Positions 11,836 through 21,829 of a DNA stretch of 64,000 bases are shown here, one piece after another (the first letter of the stretch is position 1; each line of letters opens with the position of its first letter). The position numbers and the translations under genes were made by a program. This stretch comes from Psammoneis japonica. Taxonomy: Eukaryota. Below the pieces are notes generated by a model. It did not search any database, had not been told where the DNA came from, and saw nothing but the letters and a program-made list of their open reading frames with translations. The stretch lies in NCBI GenBank assembly GCA_008632985.1, contig QPGO01000003.1, positions 372,001-436,000 on the forward strand. The letters are read 5' to 3'.

Positions 11836-13098
11836 TGTTCCCAACGTCGGCCCTTTCAGTAGGAGTAGAGAAAGGGAGTCTACCTTTCGAACCGCAGAAC
11901 AAACTCTGACATCACTGAGCCATGAATCCACGAACCGCAAGAACGCTTGTCAGCTTTTCAGTGCTCGACTTTTTTCTTTTTCGCTCAATCGTGGCCAAAT
12001 TTTCAAAAAAGGGCTGTTATTTAATTGACGTTTATTGCCTTGTCGTTAAATAACTAGATTTTTGGTTTCTCCGTGAATACCGTTTATGACTGCATTGAAT
12101 TTAGCTTTAAGTAATGCTATTGCCTCTTAGACAAAAATTTTGCGGCATAAATCTATAATAATTTTTCGAGTCTAAACGTTGAATCGTTAATGAACTTGGG
12201 AATGCACGCGTATTTCTTTAAGTAGTTCTACATTTATGTGGAAACAGTTAAATCACTGAATGTCCGAACACCTAGGACGGACATCGGTAGATTTCTACAT
12301 TACGTCATTCAAGTTTAAGATTTTATCGGAGGGAGATTCCTCCACTGAGAATCGAGAAATACAATACGTAAAAAGGTTAATCATCGGTCGCTCGACGATG
12401 ATGCTCACGATTTCTTCAAAATCCATTACTTTTAATGCTACGGCCTGAATCTACCTTCTCAATTCATCTTTCAAGCTCCCTGAAACCTCAGCATAGAATC
12501 CCATCTTGTCATGTGTCAGAAAATCGTTCGTCACCAAGCATATGCACCTCGTCTTCGTGGACAAGCGGGTTCGCTGTTGTTCGATTACAGCGGAACTTTG
12601 GGCAGAGTATTGCAACTCATACTTCAGTTTCTCTATGACGAGGGAGTCCAACTAATAAAAAGAGAGATAAGGAAACTTAATGGAAGCATGGGTGAAGTTT
12701 CAGACGTGACAAAGGCCAACTGCATTGTCGCAGCCGGCGTGAATCTGTACAAGACCAAACACACGTGTGTTGTTGATGGCAAACGGTCTGAAAGAGCATT
12801 CTTCCTTTTTGACACTGCAATTTTTACTCACTTGCTTCGTCCAGCAATGACAGGAAATGACAATGCTGAAAGGCGGCTGCAGAGTGGGGCGGTTAAGAAG
12901 ACTGTGCAAAGGACGGAAGTAAGGAAAGCTGAAATGCTCCCTGAACGTATGGAGGTAGTGAGCAAAAAACATCCCATGTTGCATGTTGGGAGCGACGTTG
13001 CCCGAAAGGAAAATCGACATGCTTCGACTCATGATGTTACCGGTTCCAGGGTGACAAGGTCTACAATCAAAACAACTCAGTGTCCTCGTCTCATAAAA

Positions 13099-15623
13099 AT
13101 GAAGAGTCTCTTTCAACTTGTTCTTTTCTTGTCTGGAGTGTTTGCTTCGATTGAGGCGCTGCAAAAGCGAAGAAGACCAAGAATGGTTCACTTAAAACGT
13201 GCGCGGTGCCTCGACAAGAGGAAATGTCCCTTTGATCTCTCTGACGACCTTTCTAATGATCTGAGCGACATTGATTCCATTACTTTCGAGCTCGACGAAG
13301 GTGTCAACAAGACCTTTAGGCAAGCAGGCTATACGAAAAGCGACGCCTTTCATGGCGAGTACGGAGAGGAAGCCATGAATCTGGTGGTGCAAAAGATTCA
13401 GGGAAATGACCGCACTCTTTTGTTTGGATCCATCACTGATGGGAATAAGATCTTCAAGATTACACCAGACGCGTATGGGAATCAACGCATGCAGGAAACG
13501 TCATTGGACGAGTATGGTGACGAAGCAGAGCCTCTTGCGCCTCCTCAAGACAGTCATGATGATGAGCGGTTGTTGGTAGTCCCGACCAATGCGACTGTAC
13601 AACCAAGAATCTCCAGTGTTGTGGAATCGCCCTTTGAAATTGATGATCATGGCCAGCCACGAAAACTCTCCTTCGATGACAGCGGCAAGAATATCGATGT
13701 CATGGTGGTATGGACCAAGGACGCGGAGTGTGCCAACTCGGGGCAAGGCAAGGGCTGTACTCCTACAGTTCAAACCAAATCCAACATGCTTGGATTAATC
13801 AAATTGGCCATTGAAGAGACGAACACGGCCTACGAACTCTCTGGGATTCTCACAATTCTAAGGCTTGTTCATGCCTACAGGGACAACAATTACGATGAGC
13901 CAACCACACAACAAAGACAACTCCGAGATGCGATTGGCCATTTGTCGAGCACATCGGATGGGTTTATGGATGACGTACATGAAAAACGCAATATTTACGG
14001 AGCAGATGCCGTGGCACTTATCATTGAGGGTCGATACGACCGTACCTTTGGGATTGGTTATGTCGGGCCGTCAGCGAATGGTAAGTCTGTCACTCATTTT
14101 CTTGTGAAAAGTGTAATCTTGCTCTCTACTTGTGCGGCAGGAACCATTGCTAACGCGACTGTTTCAATGTAGCCATGTTTTCCGTTACCAGATATGCCTG
14201 CACCACTGGGAGATATAGTTTTGGTCACGAAATTGGTGAGTTCAATCATGTTTCAGTAGCGTTTCATATAGAAGTCGCCTTGTGAGAACTAATTTTCTTT
14301 CTCTTTTGTTCTTGTTCCGTTTAGGTCACAACATGGTAAGCTCTTTTCCTTTCTTTCTTTTGTCCGGTGAAACTCTTTTATTCTAAACCCCAACGATGAA
14401 ACTAACATCGCTTTGCGCTATCAAACAGGGATGTTTGCACGACAGGGGAAGAATGAACGAGTGTTCGACCTCTAATTATAACTACGGATATCGAGATCCG
14501 CAGGCTCGCTTTCGTACCCTTCTGGCAACGTATTGCGTTCCTGATCAGTGCGGTTTAAACAAAGGAGGTGGACCGTGCACTCGGATCCAGCGTTTTTCCA
14601 CTCCACGCCGAAACGTGGGTACATGTCGACAGTGGTCGCTGGTATTGTTTTTTCTTTTTCTTTTTCTCACTCTCGCTTTCTTTGTTTTGTGAATCTAGTA
14701 TAAAGGTGCGCCGCTGGGAAGCGCCATGGCTGACAATGTGAGATATATTAATGCCGTGAGTTCAAAAGTTGCCAAATATAGATCGGTCGTGCAATGCGTT
14801 GCGAATTTCCAGTGCAACGATAGCGACCCCTGTACATCTGATTCTTGCAATGTGTCGACTGGTAGATGTAGACATGTCGATGTTTGTAAAACACCTTCTC
14901 CGTCAAGGTCGTCAGCACCATCTACTTCAGCAAGGCCTTCAACAACACATACTCCGACTAGGGGACCGACGCCCTCGCCAACTTCTAAACCTTCGGTACT
15001 TACATTACCATATGACACTTTCACGACGACCCTTTAGGCGGCAAATGTGTATAAAGGTGAGCATTCACACCGTTGATGGCGAGCGAGCTGTTGCCTTTAT
15101 CCTAGTCTTATCCACTATTGTGTTGCACGTCTTAGGAAACATGTTTGATATCGACATTACCGAGGACGTGGAGATCATTGGGTTCGATATTCATACAAGG
15201 AGAACGGGGAGCGTCGACGTAGACGTCTGGACTCGGCCTGGCCAGTACATGCTTGACAATAACGATGGTCAATGGGAAAAGATTGACACTCTGTCTGCAA
15301 CTGGAAAAGGAAAAGGCAACCTCACAAGCCTGCCAATGCTCTCCAAAAGCGTGCTTGTATCGAAGGGCAGCAAACAAGCCTTTTGCATCACGCTAAAAAC
15401 AAATGATATGATGTATACTGCCATTCACTCTGCATCCGCCGACGGAGGCGTGTTTTCGACGAGTGACGATGGCGCTATCAATTTCTATGTCGGCCATGGC
15501 ATTGGCAATATTTTCTCTGATGATCACCACAGTCTTCGTGTATGGAACGGAGTCATCAAATACAGAAAGATAGAGGGAACATCATCGGGAACTCCATCAC
15601 CTACGCTCGTTCCTATTATTTGA
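13099..15623 (+). CDS. M12B/reprolysin-like zinc metalloprotease, copy 1; exons 13099-14080, 14173-14235, 14325-14335, 14429-14614, 14699-15056, 15136-15623; in-frame TAG at 15035-15037
   Basis: Signal peptide MKSLFQLVLF, RKL site, IDVMVVWT, YGADAVALI and spliced HEIGHNMGCLHD zinc motif. Exon structure matches copy 2. The premature stop removes the C-terminal domain. Confidence 0.85.
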
Positions 15624-16092
15624 AGAGTGATCCCGTAATTGCCTTCGGCTGGTGGTTATGCAGCCGCGACGACCGCCTTTTACCTATGGTGGAACACAAA
15701 GAACGGAATCTTTGACAATACATTTAGTAATCTCTCTATTTTTGATACACCACGTCGTTTCGTGACTTTTGGGTGGCCGCCCCCACGAAGATTTACCGTA
15801 CGACATGGCAGATCGGAACGAAGTGTAGTTCCTGGCACAACAGCGAGAACAGTAGTTTGAAGACCGAATGTGAAAATAAGAAGATTCGGTATTAGTTTCA
15901 CGGGCTTGCCAAACAAGGAGTTCTACGACTAGCATACAACAGCGAATTGGAAATGTGGTATTTATCAATGCGAATCTACAACGCGCTTTCAGCATTCCTA
16001 TCCCGAATCTGTTAGAATTTTTACGGTTTTTCACTAGCAGTCACGTCACGCCAGCGCATGCGGCCAAGTCAACGTGCTCTCCTCTCCCAGAC

Positions 16093-17414
16093 TTAAGAAA
16101 GGGTTTCTGAGGATACAAAGGAAGCACTCTCAAGGCCTTTTAGTTTCTCTGGCGTCCCTACAAGGAATACTCCCAACCCTCGTGGACCAGCACGGAAAAT
16201 GCACATGACTGCCATGGTGGATGGAACCACGGACGCAAAATCATGAACTGGAACATGCATTTCCTCCTTACACCCCTTTAAAGCACTCGGTTTCGCAAAG
16301 GAAGACCAGTTTGTCGCCAAAGCAACTGTTCCAGTTGCCCAATCATAAAACGTGGGCATTGGATCCTCTTTTGTGAGTGTACGTACAAGGCCTTGCAGGG
16401 ACCTCCGAATCAGTCCAGGCGATGCCGAGTCCTGAGGCCCATAAAACAGAATGTTTTCGTAGTTACCCGCAAGTTCCTCTGAATGGCCATCGAGTCGCCC
16501 ACGAAAGTTGAGGGCCATCATGCCGTGATGGCAAGCGCTCTTGTGCAAGAACCAACTCGTCAAGACATCGTTGGTTGACACAAACTTGAGCCCTTCCGCT
16601 TTTGCAGCCGTTCGTTTCGCCTTGTCCATTTCTTCCTCATCCACAAGAAACATCGACTCTCGTGCGAAGGTCCAATAAGTTTGGACTTTAAGACTCCAAG
16701 TATGCAGTTGACGATAAAGCCTGGTGATTGAAGAATTGCATACTCGGACTCGCCCAAGACCTGAATTTGTTGCTCTTTTGTTGTTTCTAGGCGGGCAGCA
16801 TCAAGCACTTCAACGGGATCTGCAAAGGTCAGCATATTCAGAATCTTGTAGTAGGTAGCACCGTCAGCTATTATATGTGACATGGAGCATACAAGAGCAA
16901 AGGTCGTTTCTGGGTTCTTGTGACACGGTATGATTGAAACCTTCCATAGAACTTGCTTCGGGCCGTTCTTGAGCATTAAATGTTTCAGCGAGGCCCCAAG
17001 TGTGTCCAAAGGAACATCTCGAGAGAGATTTTCGTCCTGAAAGCACTCAAAATAATCATCCAGATGCTCCATATTATACGTTGGACTGTATGTCAGCACG
17101 TACTGTCCGTTTCGTTTCACCACCCGACCTCCGAGCCAGGGATTCGCTTGCAGAATCTCCACCACACGCTCCAGCATCAGTTCCTCAGCTCGGTGATAAT
17201 TTCCTTGAAACCACGTAAGAGTTGGCGTTGAATTGTCGCCGCCCCCTCCCATGGCCAAAACCTTTTCAATGTCAAGCAAGTCGACGACAACCTCATCGTG
17301 TTGTCGAGCGGGTTCTCCTTCTTGACTGCTACTGTGCTTCCACCACAACGTTGCCGCTGCAACAGAACAACCCACGACAGTAACCACCAACGGCGCATTC
17401 CGATTTGAACTCAT
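16093..17414 (-). CDS. CoA-dependent acyltransferase (HxxxD, BAHD/transferase-like) with N-terminal membrane anchor; one frameshift near 16650
   Basis: ANPWLGGR, SMSHIIADGATYY, STNDVLTSWF, NFRGRL, AGNYE and TNWSSF are split over ORFs 16560-17414 and 16093-16653, which join if one T is restored. Confidence 0.75.
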
Positions 17415-17879
17415 CGTGCCTTACTTGGCTTGAAACAAGCGCCTTGAGCAGAAAAAATAATTTATTTTCGGTTCTAGGACCAGCGCGTCGTGATGACTAG
17501 AGCACAATTCAACAGCTTGTAAAACACTTGTATGCTGGCACTGGAGAGATCCCAGCTACTCACGAGCTAGTAGTAGATATTGTAACAATCCAAAAGGGTG
17601 CTCTTTAATTTTAAAGGCCTGCTACCTGATACAAGCTGCCGCAAGTATGGAGTAACTGAGAGGGCGGGGCAACTTCGAAAGTGCGTTTTATTTTTTTTGA
17701 AAAATATACAGTATGAATAGAACTGTGTGACGCTTCCCGCGCCGATGCCACGTCACACGCACGTCACTTTTCTCTTTTCTGATCCTCAGACGGATGGACG
17801 GACGGACGCGACTCGCGGATCGCGCGCTCTTCTGCTCTGCTCTGTGCTGTCGTCCATCGTTTGCGTCGGTCAGAAGGGC

Positions 17880-18035
17880 CTCTACTTACGGTCCTCTCTT
17901 TCTCTAGTAGCTCTAGCTAGTAGCTAGAGTAGTAGTAGCAGCTAGCTCTAGCTAGAGTAGCTACTACTACTACCGGTACTGCTAGTAGCTAGTAGAGAGA
18001 GTAGAAGTAGAGAGAGCTACTAGTAGACCTAGAGT
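17880..18035. repeat. Low-complexity TAG/CTA/AG island
   Basis: ctctagtagctctagctagtagctagagtagtagtagcagctag...agagagctactagtagacctagag. Confidence 0.85.
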
Positions 18036-18334
18036 ATTTGCCTCGAACTCAGAATCATCATCATCATCGCCCTCAACTATGCAAAGAGCTGATAGAAGCG
18101 ACAACGGATGGCACTCCGTCATGTATGGTGTAAATAAGTCAAAAAATGCTAATGAGGCACACTTGATTATGAAGTTTTGTATGTATTGCTGCTCTACTAC
18201 AGACACACTCTCCACTCACGGTGGAGAGTGCTCTACTAGTAGACATGCAGTGCTAGCTATATCCCAGATATGCATCGGAACAACTTCTTTTGTTCTCTAG
18301 CTAGCACGTGTTATGCGTGTTGTGAAACAAAAGA

Positions 18335-21038
18335 TCACGCGGTTTGGCACCTAGGGTCGCACTGATTCGGGCAGGCGGAACTCGCTGGCTCTCCATTGAT
18401 GCCGACTTTGGAGCAGCGTTTATGCGGCCTCCTGCCAATCCAGCCACACTTCTTCAACCTACTAGTTCGGCGTTTCGGCTTGAACCTCCAATTGCGATCA
18501 TTTTCACAACTAAAAGAAACCTTGGGAGGGGAAGTTGGCGATTTGGTGGGTGATGCAGTTGGAGGGTTTCCCGATCCTGTCCCATCCAACTTTTTGTACT
18601 TGATGAGTCCGTTCCATACACGCGAACTGTGGTTATCATCGGAGAAAATTTCGCCAATGCCATGGCCGACGTAAAAATTGATAGCGCCATCGTCACTCGT
18701 CGAATACATAGCTCCCGTGGGTTTAGAATCAGTGGCAGTGTACATCATGTCACTTGTTTTTAGGGTGATACAAAAGGCTTGCTTGTTGCCCTTCGGGACA
18801 AGCACGCTTTTGGAGAGCAGGGGCAGGCTTGTGAGACTGCCTGTTCCTTTTCCAGCTGCAGTCAGAGTGTCAATCTTTTCCCACTGACCATCGGTATTGT
18901 CAAGCATGTACTGGCCAGGCCGAGTCCAGACTTCAACGTCGACGCTCCCCGTTCTTCTTGTATGAATGTCGAACCCAATGATCTCCACGTCCTCGGTAAC
19001 GTCGATATCAAACATATTTCCTGAAATGTGCAACGTAAGAGAGTTGAGTTCAACAATCACAAAAAAAACAGCTCCCCATCAACGAAGGAATACGCACCTA
19101 GATACCCATTTCCCGCGTCAAGGGTAGTCGTGAAAGTGTCATACAGTAATGGAAATGGCCCAGGATCGACTGGCGATGGCGTCGGCGGAGCCGTAGTCCG
19201 AATGGTTGGCGGCGGCGTTCGTGAAATTGTAGGAGCAGGGGGAGTTTGACAAATATTTACATGTTTGCAGGTGCCAGTTGACGTCTTGCAAGAATCCGCT
19301 GTACAGGGATCGCTATCGTTGCATTGGAAATCTGCCACGCATTGCACGACCGATCTGTATTTGGCAACTTTTGAGCTCACTTCATTGATGTATCTCACAT
19401 TATCAGCCTTGGCATTTCCCAGCGGTGCACCTTGATACTGGACTCACAAAGCAAAAATGCAACCATTGTTAGTGATAAAATGGATAAGATACCACAGATC
19501 ATTGTTGAAAAGCACTCACAGTTCGTTTTGGAGTAGAGAAACGTTGGATCCGAGTGCACGGTCCACCTCCTTTGTCTGAACCGCACTGACCAGCAACGCA
19601 ATACGTTGCCAGAATGGTGCGAAACCGGGCCTGCGGATCTCGAAATCCGTAGTTATAATTTGAGGTCGAACACTCATTCATTCCTCCCCTGTCGTGCAAG
19701 CATCCCTGTTTGACAGCGCCACGCGATGTTAGTTCATTGTTGTTGTTTAGAATACAAGAGTTTTGTCGGACGAAAAAAAAAGGGAAAGGGAAAGGGCTTA
19801 CCATGTTGTGACCTAAACGGAACAAGAACAAAAGAGAAAGAAAATTAGTTCTCACAAGGCGACTTCTATATGAAACGCTACTGAAACATGATTGAACTCA
19901 CCAATTTCGTGACCAAAACTATATCTCCCAGTGGTGCAGGCATATCTGGTAACGGAAAACATGGCTACATTGAAACAGTCGCGTTAGCAATGGTTCCTGC
20001 CGCACAAGTAGAGAGCAAGATTATACTTTTCACAAGAAAATGAGTGACAGACTTACCATTCGCTGAGGGCCCCACGTATCCAATTCCGCATGTGCTGTCG
20101 TTTCTACCTGCAATGATAAGTGCCACGGCGTCAGCTCCGTAAGCATTGCGTTTATCATGCACATCATCCATATTCCCATCCGATGTGCTCGACAAATGAC
20201 CAATCGCATCTCGGAGTTGCTTTTGTTGTGTGGTTGGTTCACTGTATTTGTTGTCCCTGTAGGCATGAACGAGCCTTAGAATCGTTTTAATCCCAGATAG
20301 TTCGAAAGCAGTGTTTGTCTCTTCAATGGCCAATTTCACTAATCCAAGCATGTTGGCATTGGTTTGAGGTGTAAGAGTACAGCCCTTGCCTTCCCCCGAG
20401 TTGGCACACTCTGCTTCCTTGGTCCATACCACCATGACATCGATGTTCTTGCCACTGTCATCGAAGGAGAGTTTTCGTGGCTGGCCATGATCATCAATTT
20501 CAAAGGGCGAATCCGCAGCACTGGAGATTTTTGGTTGCACAGTCGCATTGATCGGGGCTGCCAAAAACCGAAAATCACCATGACTGTCTGGAGGAGGCGC
20601 AAGAGGCTCTGCTTCGTCGCCATACTCGTCCAATGACGTTTCCTGCATGCGTTGATTCCCATACGCGTCTGGTGAAATCTTGTAGATCTTGTCTCCATCA
20701 GTGATGGAACCAAACAAAAGAGTGCGGTCATTTCCCTGAACCTTTTGTACCACCAGATTCATGGCTTCCTCTCCGTGTTCGCCATGAAAGGCGTCGCTTT
20801 TCGTAGGGCCTGCTTGCCTAAAGGTCTTGTTGACACCTTCGTCGAGCTCGAAAGTGAAGGAATGAATGTCGCTCAGATCATTTGAAAGGTCGTCGGAGAG
20901 ATCAAAGGGACATGTTCTCTTGTTGATGCACCGCGCCCGCTTTATGCGGACCGATCTCTCTCGTCTTCGCTTTGGCAGCGCCTCAATCAAAGCAAACACT
21001 CCTGAGAAACAAAGAGCAAGTTGAAATAGACTTTTCAT
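18335..21038 (-). CDS. M12B/reprolysin-like zinc metalloprotease, copy 2 (intact); exons 21038-20057, 19964-19902, 19812-19802, 19705-19520, 19437-19098, 19020-18335
   Basis: Same architecture as copy 1: spliced HEIGHNMGCLHD, CNDSDPCTADSC module, Pro/Thr linker, GNMFDI domain and a C-terminal Cys-rich module. All introns are GT-AG. Confidence 0.88.
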
Positions 21039-21324
21039 TTTTATGAAAAGAGGAAATGATGTTAGTTTTGTCGACGGAGCCGTTGCAGAGGTAACCCTTG
21101 CAATGACTCTGTTATGTGTGCTTATTTTGATTTTTTTTGAATGGAGCAGTTTGCTTTCGTGTTCTTGTGATGACGGAGGTCATCGAGGAGCCAATAAAGG
21201 TCATATGTCTTTTAACAGCATTAATGGCTTGAAGATGTATATGAAGTCATTATATGACTTTACATTGATTGGTATCCATATACTAAATCAACTAAAAAAT
21301 CTGAACATTAAGCCTCGCCGACCT

Positions 21325-21530
21325 TATTTGTCAAGGCTGTCCAATGACATAGAAGTTTAACGGCATTGACACATTTATTGGAATTCGAACTAGGCTTTTA
21401 AAAGCCACGTTGTCTCCTGATATGATTGCTTGAATGTAAAGCCTTTTCCGTTGAACCTCCGGGTGTCGATCCTGTTGTTTTATGTTGTGACCATACGAAA
21501 ATGACCGTGTCGTGAGGGATGAGAGGCCGC
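21325..21530 (+). repeat. About 200-bp dispersed repeat, copy A (retains TA); homologous to 23635-23830
   Basis: Shared blocks tttgtcaa.gctgtccaatgacat.gaagttt, ttgacacat, gaactag, aagccttttccgttgaacctcc, tgtgaccat and aatgaccg. Confidence 0.8.
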
Positions 21531-21829
21531 GACAGTCATCACAAATTCCGCACAGTCAAATGCCATTCTCAACGACGCTTTTATTTTTGGCATGTGTGCG
21601 GTCATGTAGGTAGCTCCGAGTTTATGAAAAAAGAAGAGGAAAAGGAGGAGGAGGAGAGAGGAGGGAGAGATGCATTCGCAGTCTAGAGCATGTGCAGTGT
21701 GTTCAACGAGCATGCACGACGCCCAGACGATGAGCGCTTCCAACGCAGCTGGTCGCAGCTCTCCAGCTGGCAGCAAATGCTCTAAAAAATAGAAACATGC
21801 CATGGTCTATCTAAATGCATTTTCTGCTG

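Noticed and set aside
12511..13098. N-terminal extension of the 553-aa ORF, with a faint BTB-like LQLILQFLY segment
   Set aside because: Copy 2 and the signal peptide place the start at 13099. The BTB resemblance is too short to call.
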